DNA from: Clostridia bacterium
GTDB lineage: Bacteria > Bacillota > Clostridia > Christensenellales > UBA1242
Reading direction: 5' to 3'
Length of the DNA: 64,000 nucleotides
Assembly (NCBI GenBank): GCA_041663585.1
Contig: JBAYMN010000001.1
Coordinates: 475 to 64,474, forward strand
Shown here: positions 19,066 through 29,297 of the stretch, piece by piece
Numbering within the stretch: the first letter of the stretch is position 1
Layout of the letters: each line of letters starts with the position of its first letter
Position numbers and translations under genes: made by a program
The notes under the pieces: generated by a model
What the model saw: only the letters and a program-made list of their open reading frames with translations
The model's database searches: none
Told to the model about the DNA's origin: nothing

Positions 19066-19833
19066 CTATAATGACAACACAATGTTTTTGCAGATATTTG
19101 TTAATCGTTCTCGGACAGCCGTTTGTTTGTTCCAGTTTCTGCTATCCCATTCATCTTTTGATAAGTCATCACCACTATAAATAATAGCACCGTATTCTAT
19201 ACCACGGAATTTTGCTACCGCTAACATTGAGGCTTGTTCCATTTCTACAATAATACAGCCTTCTTTTTTTCGTAGTTCAATCTTATTTGCGGTTTCGCGG
19301 TATATTGCATCAGTTGTCCATGTTTTACCTATAATATAATCTATTTTTTGTGTTTGTAAATAGTTTGTTATTTTGTTAATCACTGTAATATTTGCTTTTA
19401 CTGTTCGACTGGGTTTTAAATAATGATAACTAAAACCTTCATCGCGTACTGCTTCATTTACAACTATATATTTACCCACAGTAATATCGCTTTTTAGTGA
19501 ACCGGCTCCACCGCATAAAATTACTTTTTTTACACCTAATGATATAAATTCTTCTAGGAATGCACCGCAAGCAGGACCGCCTATTGTACCTTGAACTATT
19601 GCACAATCGCCAGTATTAAATTTATAAATATGCAAATCAAGCATTTCACTAGGAAAATTTGCTAACATTGAAATTTCGCCTTTACTTAATAAATAGGCAA
19701 TCACTTCCTTAAAAAAACATATTACAAGTCTTTCAGGTAACTTTACATTTATTTTAATTGTTTCGGCAGATGGATTAATAAGAGCGTTTGTATCTTTATC
19801 AAATTCTAAGATAGGGTATTTTTTTATAAGCAT
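19066..19833 (-). CDS. nucleoside phosphorylase (PNP_UDP_1 family, uridine phosphorylase-like)
   Basis: 255 aa. Conserved GGAGS and VEMEQASMLAVA blocks. Confidence 0.75.
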   Translation of the reverse strand: MLIKKYPILEFDKDTNALINPSAETIKINVKLPERLVICFFKEVIAYLLSKGEISMLANFPSEMLDLHIYKFNTGDCAIVQGTIGGPACGAFLEEFISLGVKKVILCGGAGSLKSDITVGKYIVVNEAVRDEGFSYHYLKPSRTVKANITVINKITNYLQTQKIDYIIGKTWTTDAIYRETANKIELRKKEGCIIVEMEQASMLAVAKFRGIEYGAIIYSGDDLSKDEWDSRNWNKQTAVRERLTNICKNIVLSL

Positions 19834-20024
19834 TTTTTACTCCTAATGTTTACGGAAAGTTTAGCATATTTTACACACTTTTTCAAATGTTTTTTGTTTC
19901 CAAAATTAAGATAATTATTTATTTACAAATTACGATGACAAAAGTACTGAATTATGATAGAATAACAATTGCGTAAAGATAGAAGATAATATATATTTTT
20001 AAAATATTGCTTTTAAGGTGGGTA

Positions 20025-20675
20025 ATGGATAAGAACAAAATTAAAGAAATTTTTAACTTACTTAAAAGAATGTATCCTAATGCAAAAAGCGAATTAAATT
20101 ATAGTACTAATTTTGAACTTCTAGTTGCTGTGATTTTGTCGGCTCAATGCACAGACAAGCGTGTAAATATTATTACAAGTGAGTTATTTAAAGAATATAA
20201 TACGCCGAAAGCAATTGGCACTTTACCACCCGAAAAATTAGAAAATCTAATTAAATCTTGCGGACTTTATAAGAGTAAAACAGTACATTTAATTAAGTGT
20301 AGTAAACAAATTTTAGAAAAATTTAATGGAGAAGTGCCTAATAATCTTAATGATTTAATTTCTCTTAGTGGGGTAGGTAGAAAAACCGCAAATGTAATTT
20401 TGGCAGTTGCATTTAAAAAGCCTGCAATAGCAGTTGATACGCATGTTTTTAGAGTGGCAAATAGAATTGGATTAACTAATTCAAAAAGTGTAGATAAATG
20501 CGAGCAACAATTAAATAAAGTTTTAGACAAACAAGATTGGATTAATGCTCATTTTATACTGGTGCTTTTTGGGCGTTATCACTGCACAGCACGAAATCCA
20601 AATTGTTCAAAGTGTAAAATTAACAAATTTTGTAAATATTATAATAAGGTAGTGAAGAAAGATGTTTGTAGATAA
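20025..20675 (+). CDS. nth: endonuclease III
   Basis: ATG at 20025 after an AAGGTGGG RBS. HhH-GPD motif LSGVGRKTANV and the 4Fe-4S cluster CX6CX2CX5C at the C-terminus. Confidence 0.9.
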   Translation: MDKNKIKEIFNLLKRMYPNAKSELNYSTNFELLVAVILSAQCTDKRVNIITSELFKEYNTPKAIGTLPPEKLENLIKSCGLYKSKTVHLIKCSKQILEKFNGEVPNNLNDLISLSGVGRKTANVILAVAFKKPAIAVDTHVFRVANRIGLTNSKSVDKCEQQLNKVLDKQDWINAHFILVLFGRYHCTARNPNCSKCKINKFCKYYNKVVKKDVCR

Positions 20676-21927
20676 AGTTAAAATTGTTATAAAAGCGGGT
20701 AATGGTGGTAATGGTGTAGTATCGTTTATTCGCTCAAAAGCGACTATGAAAGGCGGTCCGGACGGCGGTAACGGCGGTAAGGGCGGAGATATTGTATTCG
20801 TGGCAAACGAATCTATGAATACACTTGTAGATTTTAATTATAACAAGTCGTTTAAAGCCGAAGATGGCGAAAACGGGTCATCAAATAATCAAATCGGTAA
20901 ATCCGGAAAAGATACAATTATTAATGTACCACGTGGTACAATAATTCGCGACTATAAAACCGAAAAAGTAATTGCCGATATGTATGAAAAAGATCAGCGA
21001 ACCGTTATATTGCATGGTGGTAGCGGTGGCAGAGGAAATAAAACATACGCTACATCAACAAGACAAGCGCCTTTCTTTTCGCAAGGTGGAGCAATAACTA
21101 AACCATTTGAAGTAGTGCTGGAACTTAAAACTATTGCCGATGTCGGTTTAGTAGGTTACCCTAATGTGGGAAAATCTACACTGCTTTCGGTAGTTACCGA
21201 AGCAAAACCTAAAATTGCAAATTATCATTTTACAACGCTTTCACCCAATTTAGGAGTTGTTAAATATTATGAAAATAGTTTTGTTATGGCTGACATACCC
21301 GGACTTATTGATGGTGCTTCCAAAGGTGCTGGGCTAGGACATGATTTTTTAAGACATATTGAAAGGACTAGACTTATTGTGCATATAATAGATATTGCGG
21401 GTAGCGAAGAAAGAGATCCATTTGATGATTATTTGCAAATTAATAAGGAATTGTCAACTTATAGCAGAAAACTTGCCGATTCGCCACAAATTATTGCACT
21501 TAATAAATGTGATTTATTACAAGATGATAAACCAATTAAAGATTTTAAGAAAAAATTAGATAGGGGTATTGAAGCCTATCCTATTTCTGGCGCGACGATG
21601 CAAGGAGTAAAAGAATTACTTGATGCAATTTGGAATAAACTTAAAACTATTCCGGTGTCTGAACCGCTAGCAATAGAAAAAGAAAATATTGATGAACGCG
21701 ATTTATTAAATTTTATTATTACAAAAAACGGACAAGGAGCATATGTTGTTTCTGGTGGTAAAATTGATGAAATGGCAAGAGGTATTGTGCTTTCGGATAC
21801 ACAATCTTTTGCCTACTTACAAAATCGTTTACGCCGTGAAGGAATAACACAAATGCTTTATGATATGGGTGCAAAAAACGGAGATACAATTATAGTCGCA
21901 GGTGTTGAGTTTGAATTAGTTAAGTAG
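20662..21927 (+). CDS. obg: GTPase Obg
   Basis: 421 aa. Gly-rich Obg fold (GGNGGKGGD), G domain (GYPNVGKST, DIPGLI, NKCD) and C-terminal OCT domain. Overlaps nth by 14 nt. Confidence 0.95.
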   Translation: MFVDKVKIVIKAGNGGNGVVSFIRSKATMKGGPDGGNGGKGGDIVFVANESMNTLVDFNYNKSFKAEDGENGSSNNQIGKSGKDTIINVPRGTIIRDYKTEKVIADMYEKDQRTVILHGGSGGRGNKTYATSTRQAPFFSQGGAITKPFEVVLELKTIADVGLVGYPNVGKSTLLSVVTEAKPKIANYHFTTLSPNLGVVKYYENSFVMADIPGLIDGASKGAGLGHDFLRHIERTRLIVHIIDIAGSEERDPFDDYLQINKELSTYSRKLADSPQIIALNKCDLLQDDKPIKDFKKKLDRGIEAYPISGATMQGVKELLDAIWNKLKTIPVSEPLAIEKENIDERDLLNFIITKNGQGAYVVSGGKIDEMARGIVLSDTQSFAYLQNRLRREGITQMLYDMGAKNGDTIIVAGVEFELVK

Positions 21928-21977
21928 TGTTTGTTATTAAGTTTTAATCAGTAAAAAATATTAAGGAGTAATAAATA

Positions 21978-22265
21978 ATGTTAATAAGTAAAGAAAGAGC
22001 AAAATATGCAGGTCTTGCAAATAAAATTGATGTAGATATTTTAATAGGTAAAGAAGGCTTAAATGACAATGTGCTTAAACAAATTAGTCAGTATTTAGAA
22101 GCACACGAATTAGCTAAAATTAAAATGCAAAAAAGCGTAGATTATACTAATCGCCAGCTTTGCGATTTGTTAGTAGAAAAATTACAAGCCGAACCAGTGC
22201 TACTTGTTGGTAATAAAGTTATTTTATATAAAAAATCTAGTAGAACAGACATAATTCATATATAA
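21978..22265 (+). CDS. yhbY: YhbY-like CRM-domain RNA-binding protein
   Basis: 95 aa with the IGKEGLNDNVLKQI...ELAKIK pattern. Conserved position after obg. Confidence 0.8.
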   Translation: MLISKERAKYAGLANKIDVDILIGKEGLNDNVLKQISQYLEAHELAKIKMQKSVDYTNRQLCDLLVEKLQAEPVLLVGNKVILYKKSSRTDIIHI

Positions 22266-22269
22266 ATTA

Positions 22270-22335
22270 TTCCGCCTAGCGAAAGCATTGGCGGGGTAAA
22301 ACAATTTTACATTGTACATTTTACATTCTACATTT
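22270..22335 (+). repeat. degenerate TTCCGCC...GGCGG hairpin followed by a 4 x NTACATT heptad array
   Basis: 22297-22335 reads AAAACAATT-TTACATT-GTACATT-TTACATT-CTACATT-T. A near-identical array lies at 29098-29132. Confidence 0.7.
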
Positions 22336-22371
22336 AAAAAACAGTTCACTTTTTAAGTGAACTGTTTTTTA
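22336..22371. terminator. bidirectional intrinsic terminator (yhbY / 22374-23090 gene)
   Basis: AAAAAACAGTTCAC-TTTTTAA-GTGAACTGTTTTTT, with an A-run and a T-run flanking a 9-bp stem. Confidence 0.75.
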
Positions 22372-22373
22372 TT

Positions 22374-23090
22374 TTATATTTTTCCTAAACGCTTTAAATT
22401 TAATGTTTGAATTGATTCAAATAACTGAGTGCAAACTGCTAAAATGTCATCATAATTATTTGTATTTTCAAATATCGCACACACTGTGCGTGAGTCCTTC
22501 ATATTAAGAGGCTCAAAATTGTACATTACAAATCTAATCATATTGCGTGTTTTAATCCAAATTTCCTCTATTTTAAAAGCGTAATCGGTATATTCTAGGC
22601 TTGCATAATCTGTTTTGCTACGCTTTGCACTATCGTTTAATTTGCGACTTTCATCAATTTCTGCTTTTTTGATTGCAAATATGTTCTTGCAATATTTTAT
22701 TGCTTTTTCAAATACGCTGTAAATTACCGCTTCATCTTTAATACATTTAAGTATTTTATACTCAGGTATTTCAGTAAAACGACCGCGAGAGTTTATTATT
22801 GCGTTTTCAATATCCTGATATGGATACCAAAAGCCTTCTTCGGTAGCCGAAAGCACATCTTCGTGACAAGCAATATTTAAAAATTCACTTAACTGATATT
22901 TGTAGTACTCAACATTTTTTGGTGATGCGGTATTAATATGATTTAAAAAATAATCTTTAATCCTAAGCCAAAAGCCCTTCATATTTTCGTACGTAGTGCG
23001 TTCATCTTCATTATTATCAATGTTTACGTTTTTTAAAAACTTGATGGGAGAGCCGGCATTATTTTCAGTTAAAAAAACATAATAGTTCAT
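22374..23090 (-). CDS. hypothetical protein
   Basis: 238-aa ORF with a complex, non-repetitive composition. Terminator downstream. No recognisable motif. Confidence 0.5.
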   Translation of the reverse strand: MNYYVFLTENNAGSPIKFLKNVNIDNNEDERTTYENMKGFWLRIKDYFLNHINTASPKNVEYYKYQLSEFLNIACHEDVLSATEEGFWYPYQDIENAIINSRGRFTEIPEYKILKCIKDEAVIYSVFEKAIKYCKNIFAIKKAEIDESRKLNDSAKRSKTDYASLEYTDYAFKIEEIWIKTRNMIRFVMYNFEPLNMKDSRTVCAIFENTNNYDDILAVCTQLFESIQTLNLKRLGKI

Positions 23091-23200
23091 ATGTACCGCC
23101 TTTTCTGATGTATCTTTGCTTATTTTTTAAGATTTATATAAACATTATAACTAATAAACACAATATTGTAAATATAATTTTGTAAAAATTGACAAATAAA

Positions 23201-24259
23201 TTAAGTTGCCAATTTGGAATATTTTAAAATTTGTTCATATATTTTTTTAGTTCCATCGGTATTTGGTTCTTTGCTCATATTTTTAATTAATTCAATGCGT
23301 GATGAAAATAATTTTAATATTGCTACTTTTAAATTTTGTGGTGACATATTTTCCTCAAATAAAATGTTTGCAATTCTCCTTTCATTAAAATTTTTTGCGT
23401 TTAAAATTTGGTCACCACGAGACGCCATTTTTGAAAGCGGAATAAGTAACATGGGCTTTCGAAGTGCTAAAAATTCGTGTATTGCGGTCGCACCAGCACG
23501 ACTTACAATAACATCTGCGGTGGCAAAATAATCGCTAATTTTATCAGTAAATTCAATTTGGATATAATAGTTTTGTTTGAGCGTTTCATCAATATTGCCT
23601 TTGCCAACAATATGAATAACATTATATTTTTTTAATAAATCGGGAAGTATTGCGCGCACATTTTTATTTATATTTACCGAACCCAAACTTCCGCCCATAA
23701 CTAAAATTGTAGATTTTTCTGGTGATAGTTTATACTCATTAATTATGTTGTGTTTATTACCGTTGTATAATTCGTGGCGTATGGGAGCACCTGTAAATAC
23801 ACCATTATTAAGTGTATGTGCTGTGCTTTCAAAATTTGTACACATTACTTTACACTTATGTGCCATAAGTTTGTTGGCTAGCCCCATAGTTATATCAGAC
23901 TCATGGCTGACTACTGGGATTTTTTTTGATGCAAGTACAACAGGAAGCGCAACATATCCGCCTTTACTGAATATAACATCAGGCTTTATTTTTTTTAATA
24001 ATTTGTTTGCTTGTAAAATTCCCTTTGCCAATGCAAAAGGTATTTTTAAATTATTAAGCGTAAACTTGCGTTCTAATTTGCATGTTTCAATAGATAAAAA
24101 GGTTATATTTTTATAACTTGATACCATTCGCTCTTCCATGCTATTTGCAGAGCCTATATAATAGATTTTATCAAAATCTTTTTCAATATAATGCAGTAAT
24201 GCTATGTGGGGTATAATATGTCCGGCAGTTCCGCCACCTGTTAATACTATTGTGCTCAT
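23201..24259 (-). CDS. murG: undecaprenyldiphospho-muramoylpentapeptide beta-N-acetylglucosaminyltransferase
   Basis: 352 aa. LTGGGTAGHI N-terminal motif and GT28 C-terminal domain (SRAGATAIHE). Confidence 0.9.
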   Translation of the reverse strand: MSTIVLTGGGTAGHIIPHIALLHYIEKDFDKIYYIGSANSMEERMVSSYKNITFLSIETCKLERKFTLNNLKIPFALAKGILQANKLLKKIKPDVIFSKGGYVALPVVLASKKIPVVSHESDITMGLANKLMAHKCKVMCTNFESTAHTLNNGVFTGAPIRHELYNGNKHNIINEYKLSPEKSTILVMGGSLGSVNINKNVRAILPDLLKKYNVIHIVGKGNIDETLKQNYYIQIEFTDKISDYFATADVIVSRAGATAIHEFLALRKPMLLIPLSKMASRGDQILNAKNFNERRIANILFEENMSPQNLKVAILKLFSSRIELIKNMSKEPNTDGTKKIYEQILKYSKLAT

Positions 24260-24475
24260 AATTTCTCCTTGCTTTCATTTAAATGAATAATTATAATATA
24301 ATATGTATAAATATGCCTGTTTTTTTGCCTAAACTCGTTCAAATGACAAAATCGCTAAAAATTTGAATTTTTATAATATTTAGTTTTCATTTTGTATCTT
24401 TTATGTTATAATTATCCAATAATATTCTATGCAAAGGAATAAAGTTTTATTTGCACGCGCTTAAAGGAGATTAAC

Positions 24476-26419
24476 TTGAATAAAACATATGAATCAAAAG
24501 ATATAATTGTGCTTGAAGGTCTTGATGCTGTTAGGCTAAGACCGGGTATGTACATAGGTACAACGGGCACTAAGGGTATGCACCATATTTTGTGGGAAAT
24601 CGTTGATAATTCTATTGATGAACTTGCAAATGGATTTGGCGATACTATTGATGTAAAGTTATATAAAGACGGCAGTGCTTCGGTAGAAGATAATGGTCGC
24701 GGAATTCCTACTGATATTCACCCACAAATGAAGGTATCTGGTGTACAAGTAGTATTCACTCAACTACACGCTGGTGGTAAATTTAACGCAGATAACTATA
24801 ATTATTCGGGCGGATTACATGGCGTTGGAGCATCTGTTACTAATGCACTTTCGGAATGGCTTAATGTTACAGTGTTCAGAAATAAAAAGAAATATGAAAT
24901 GTCATTTAAAAGTTATGTGGGATTAGATGGAAAAATTAAAAGTGGTATTCCAGTAACTCCGCTTATTGAAACGGGCACTTCTAAAAAGAGCGGAACATTT
25001 ATACATTTTAAACCAGATTTTAAAGTTTTTGGCGAACAAGAATTTTCTAATGAAATTATTGCAAAGCACTTAAAAGAACTTGCATTTTTAAATAAAAAAA
25101 TAAAATTAAGTCTATTTGATGAGCGTACGGGGAATTTAGTTGATTACTATTATGAAGGCGGAGTTGCGGATTTTGTAAAGTATTTAAATGAATCAAAAAA
25201 TGTTATAAACGAAAAACCAGTTTACATTGAAGGCAAAACTGATTTAGTTGAACTTGCTATGGCCTTTCAATATACCGACCAATACACTGAAAGCATTTTT
25301 TCGTATGTAAATAATATTCCAACCACTGAGGGCGGAACGCACGAAACAGGATTAAAATCGGCATTTACACGTGTGTTTAATGATGTGGGGCGTAAATTTG
25401 GATTTTTGAAAGATAAAGATCCTAATTACATGGGTGAAGACTACCGCGAGGGCTTAACTTGTGTTCTTGCAATAAAAATGAAAAATGCACAATTTGAAGG
25501 GCAGACTAAAACCAAACTCGGTAACCCCGAAACTAAAACGGAAGTTGAAAGTGTAGTTGTAACCGAACTGCAAAAATATATGGAAAATACTGCAACGCGT
25601 AAGTTTATTGAAAGCATTATGCAAAAAGCAAAAGTTGCTGCACAAGTGCGTGAACAAGAAAAAAAAGCAAAAGAATTAACACGCCAAAAAAATAGTATTG
25701 ACAGTGCTAATCTTGTTGGTAAATTATCAAGTTGCACGGGCAGAAAACCCGAATTAAACGAATTGTATATTGTTGAAGGTGATAGTGCCGGTGGCAGTGC
25801 TAAGCAAGCAAGAGACCGTTCTTTTCAAGCAATTTTACCACTAAGAGGCAAACCGCTTAATGTAGAAAAAAAACGTCTTCATCAAGTTCTTGCAAATGAA
25901 GAAATACGCAGTATTATTAGTGCGCTAGGCGCTGGAATTATGGACGATTTTGATGTAACAGCATTAAAATATCATAAAGTTGTAATACTTTCTGATGCTG
26001 ACCAAGATGGCGCACATATTAGGGCAATACTCCTCACATTCTTTTTTAGATATATGCGTAACCTTATAAACGAAGGACATGTCTATATTGGTATGCCACC
26101 GCTTTATAAAGTATACAAAAAAGATAAAGTGATTTATGCATATGATGATAATAATTTACAAGAAGCAATTGATGAAGTAGGTAAGGGCTATTCTATTCAA
26201 AGGTATAAAGGGTTAGGCGAAATGAATCCCGAACAACTTTGGGAAACAACAATGAACCCTGAACGTCGAAATTTAATGCAAGTTAGTATGGAAGATGCGG
26301 TTGCGGCAGATAAAATAATTACTGTGCTTATGGGCGATGATATTGAATCCAGAAAAGATTATATTAGCGAACACGCAAATTTTGAGCGCGAAGATAATTT
26401 TGAAAAAATAGGAGTATAA
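24476..26419 (+). CDS. parE: type IIA DNA topoisomerase subunit B (topoisomerase IV ParE-like; GyrB not excluded)
   Basis: 647 aa, TTG start after an AAAGGAG RBS. GHKL ATPase (EIVDNSIDE, DNGRGIP), Toprim (EGDSAGG, DADQDGAHI). The symbol is inferred from the partner subunit lacking a GyrA box and from the absence of dnaA/dnaN/recF context. Confidence 0.8.
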   Translation: MNKTYESKDIIVLEGLDAVRLRPGMYIGTTGTKGMHHILWEIVDNSIDELANGFGDTIDVKLYKDGSASVEDNGRGIPTDIHPQMKVSGVQVVFTQLHAGGKFNADNYNYSGGLHGVGASVTNALSEWLNVTVFRNKKKYEMSFKSYVGLDGKIKSGIPVTPLIETGTSKKSGTFIHFKPDFKVFGEQEFSNEIIAKHLKELAFLNKKIKLSLFDERTGNLVDYYYEGGVADFVKYLNESKNVINEKPVYIEGKTDLVELAMAFQYTDQYTESIFSYVNNIPTTEGGTHETGLKSAFTRVFNDVGRKFGFLKDKDPNYMGEDYREGLTCVLAIKMKNAQFEGQTKTKLGNPETKTEVESVVVTELQKYMENTATRKFIESIMQKAKVAAQVREQEKKAKELTRQKNSIDSANLVGKLSSCTGRKPELNELYIVEGDSAGGSAKQARDRSFQAILPLRGKPLNVEKKRLHQVLANEEIRSIISALGAGIMDDFDVTALKYHKVVILSDADQDGAHIRAILLTFFFRYMRNLINEGHVYIGMPPLYKVYKKDKVIYAYDDNNLQEAIDEVGKGYSIQRYKGLGEMNPEQLWETTMNPERRNLMQVSMEDAVAADKIITVLMGDDIESRKDYISEHANFEREDNFEKIGV

Positions 26420-26422
26420 ACT

Positions 26423-29077
26423 ATGGTAATAGATGATGATTTTTACGATGATACTCTATCCGGACAATTAATGTTTGATGGCTTAGATGAAACAAGCGAA
26501 AATAATGACGCAAACTTTCAAAATGAGAGTAATTTGTCTAAAAATAATGTAGATGATGCTCAAAATTCAGCAGAAGAAGATAGTCCACAAATACAACAGG
26601 ACAATCTATCGGAAAACGCAGTTGCAAGTCCTAAAAAAACAAAAAAATCGGGAGCCAATTCATATAGTGAAGGCGGAAACCGTGTGTTTAGTAAGGCGCT
26701 TGATGAAGTAATGCGTGATTCTATGATGCCATACACAGAATACGTTGTGTTAGACCGTGCTATTCCTCGTGTAGAAGATGGCTTAAAACCCGTGCAACGA
26801 CGGGTACTTTTTTCAATGCTTGAACTTGGACTTATGCCTGATAAAGTTTATAGAAAATCGGCTCGTGTTGTTGGCGACTGCATTGGTAAATATCACCCGC
26901 ATGGCGATACATCTGTATATCAAGCAATGGTTCGTATGGCACAAGATTTTAATATGCGTGCTCCGCTTGTAGATGGACACGGAAATTTTGGTTCGGTCGA
27001 TGGCGATTCGGCAGCCGCAATGCGTTATACAGAAGTAAAAATGACACCTATTGCAATGGAACTGCTCCGTGATTTAGATAAAAACACTGTCAAATGGAGT
27101 TTGAATTTTGATGACACATTAAAAGAGCCTGACACATTACCCGGAAGAGTGCCAAACTTACTTATTAATGGTGCTTCGGGTATTGCAGTAGGGCTTGCTA
27201 CAAATATACCGCCACATAATATTACGGAAGTAATTAGCGGGGTTATTGCTTTCATTGATAATAAAGAAATTACTCTTTCAGAAATGATGAATATAATTCA
27301 AGGTCCAGATTTTCCGACAGGTGCCTATGCTATTGTAAGTGATGAACTTGTGAGAGCATATGAAACTGGACGCGGGAAAATCACTTTGCGTGCTAAAATA
27401 AATGTTGAAAGTGAGGGCGATAAGCGTAATATTGTTATAACCGAAATGCCGTATCAATCTAACAAAGCGACGATATTACAAACAATAGCCGAACTTCGTA
27501 ATGAGGGCAAAAGTGCACTTGCCGGTATAAGCGAAATCCGCGATGAATCTGACCGAAACGGTATGCGAGCGGTAATTAAACTAAAAAAAGATATTGATCC
27601 GCAAGAAGTTATTAAATATTTGTTAAAAACTACTGCTCTTTCTATTACTTTTGGTATTAACATTGTTGCAATAGCGGGCGGAAAGCCCAGACAAATGGGT
27701 TTGCTTGAAATTTTAGATTTTTATGTGAATTATCAACGTGATATTATTTTAAGGCGCTCGAAATATGAAATTGAACAGGCCCGTGAGCATGCGCATATTT
27801 TGGAAGGACTTATTATTGCAATACAAAATATTGATGAAGTAATACGAATTATAAAAAAATCGGAATCTGTTTCAGAAGCAAAAATAAAATTGCGCTCCAC
27901 ATTTACTTTAAGTGAAAAACAAGCACAAGCAATTTTAGATATGAGGCTTGCAAGATTAACGAATTTAGAAGTTGGCAAAATCGAAATTGAACTTGCCGAA
28001 CTTAAAAAAATTATTGAAAAATTATCCACTATTATTGCTTCCAAAAAAGCGCAACTTGAAGTTGTAAAAGGCGAATTACTTGAATGTAAACGAAAATATA
28101 GGCAAGACCGCCGTACTATTATTGTATCAAATGAATCCGAAATTGAAGTTACTTCCGAAGAAAATAATATTGAGGTACACTCTGTTGCTATTGCTTTTAC
28201 AGCGGGTGGAACAATTAAAAAAACTACCCAAAAAAATACTATTCGTGCGTTTTCTGATACCTCTTCTCTTTGTGAAGCACATAATATTATTGTAAATGCA
28301 GATACCGATAAAATGATTTATTTATTTACAAATTTGGGCAACTGTTATAAAGTTAGGGCAGGGGCTGTGCCTGATGCCCGCTGGCGCGATAAAGGTACTT
28401 TGCTTAGAATATTGATTAAAGAAAGTTTACCGGAAGAAAAAATTGTTGCAATATTTAGCGATTTAGAAAATATACCTAATGCTGATAGCACAAATTTACT
28501 ATTTTTCACAAAATATGGAATGGTAAAAAGTACTGTTGTGTCAGAATATAATGTAAACAAGGCTATGTTTGCCACAACTAAACTTAAAGATGGTGATGAA
28601 CTGCTAAATGTAGAAATTGAACAAAAATATTCTACTTTAATATTCATTACAAAAAATGGAATGATACTAAACGCTGATAAATCCGATGTGCCAGTGCAAG
28701 GTAGAATGTCAGGTGGAGTCAGGGGCATTAATCTTGATGATGATGACATCACAATATTTGCGGGGCAAGTAACTGTTGAAGGAGATGTTATTATTGTTAG
28801 TAAAAAGGGAAACGCCAAAAAGGTAAAAATGGCCGATATTGATGTTCTTAACAGATATCGTAAAGGAGTTAAAATTATGCCATTGGCAGTAGATGATAAT
28901 ATAGCATTTGCCGGATACCAATCTATTCCATACACTCTTGTTGTTAAGTACAGCGATGATTCAATTGTTGCTTATGATACCGAAATAATTGCAGAAGATA
29001 ATAGAGCAAGTAAAGGGAAAATATTAGATATTACAAAACGAAATTATTTAATTAACGGAGCGTATATTAATCTATAA
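26423..29077 (+). CDS. parC: type IIA DNA topoisomerase subunit A (ParC-like) with ~85-aa acidic N-terminal extension
   Basis: 884 aa. DGLKPVQRR and the active-site AAMRYTE. No QRRGGKG-type GyrA box at the start of the C-terminal domain. Start coupled to the parE stop, with an AGGAG RBS. Confidence 0.8.
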   Translation: MVIDDDFYDDTLSGQLMFDGLDETSENNDANFQNESNLSKNNVDDAQNSAEEDSPQIQQDNLSENAVASPKKTKKSGANSYSEGGNRVFSKALDEVMRDSMMPYTEYVVLDRAIPRVEDGLKPVQRRVLFSMLELGLMPDKVYRKSARVVGDCIGKYHPHGDTSVYQAMVRMAQDFNMRAPLVDGHGNFGSVDGDSAAAMRYTEVKMTPIAMELLRDLDKNTVKWSLNFDDTLKEPDTLPGRVPNLLINGASGIAVGLATNIPPHNITEVISGVIAFIDNKEITLSEMMNIIQGPDFPTGAYAIVSDELVRAYETGRGKITLRAKINVESEGDKRNIVITEMPYQSNKATILQTIAELRNEGKSALAGISEIRDESDRNGMRAVIKLKKDIDPQEVIKYLLKTTALSITFGINIVAIAGGKPRQMGLLEILDFYVNYQRDIILRRSKYEIEQAREHAHILEGLIIAIQNIDEVIRIIKKSESVSEAKIKLRSTFTLSEKQAQAILDMRLARLTNLEVGKIEIELAELKKIIEKLSTIIASKKAQLEVVKGELLECKRKYRQDRRTIIVSNESEIEVTSEENNIEVHSVAIAFTAGGTIKKTTQKNTIRAFSDTSSLCEAHNIIVNADTDKMIYLFTNLGNCYKVRAGAVPDARWRDKGTLLRILIKESLPEEKIVAIFSDLENIPNADSTNLLFFTKYGMVKSTVVSEYNVNKAMFATTKLKDGDELLNVEIEQKYSTLIFITKNGMILNADKSDVPVQGRMSGGVRGINLDDDDITIFAGQVTVEGDVIIVSKKGNAKKVKMADIDVLNRYRKGVKIMPLAVDDNIAFAGYQSIPYTLVVKYSDDSIVAYDTEIIAEDNRASKGKILDITKRNYLINGAYINL

Positions 29078-29097
29078 TTTATTAGAGCGATAGCGAC

Positions 29098-29132
29098 TAA
29101 CAATTATACATTATACATCTACATTTTACATT
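29098..29132 (+). repeat. 4 x NTACATT heptad array (second copy)
   Basis: AACAATT-ATACATT-ATACAT-CTACATT-TTACATT-T, located between the parC-like stop and its terminator. About 30 of 35 positions match 22299-22335. Confidence 0.7.
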
Positions 29133-29133
29133 T

Positions 29134-29156
29134 ACCAGTGCCTCGGCACTGGTTTT
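29134..29156 (+). terminator. intrinsic terminator after the topoisomerase operon
   Basis: CCAGTGC-CTCG-GCACTGG followed by TTTTT. Confidence 0.7.
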
Positions 29157-29297
29157 TGTCATAAATCAATCAATTATTCAGTATATTATTATAGTAGGAA
29201 ATTGTTACAGACACAATATTACAATTTTCCGCAAAATTCTACACATTAAAATATTTTTTTTAACTATAAATTATTTAATATTAAAAGCGAGGAGAAA

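Noticed and set aside
24476-29077. Naming the topoisomerase pair gyrB/gyrA.
   Set aside because: The A subunit lacks a GyrA-box motif and the genes are not in a dnaA-dnaN-recF context. ParE/ParC-like is more likely, but this cannot be settled without phylogeny.
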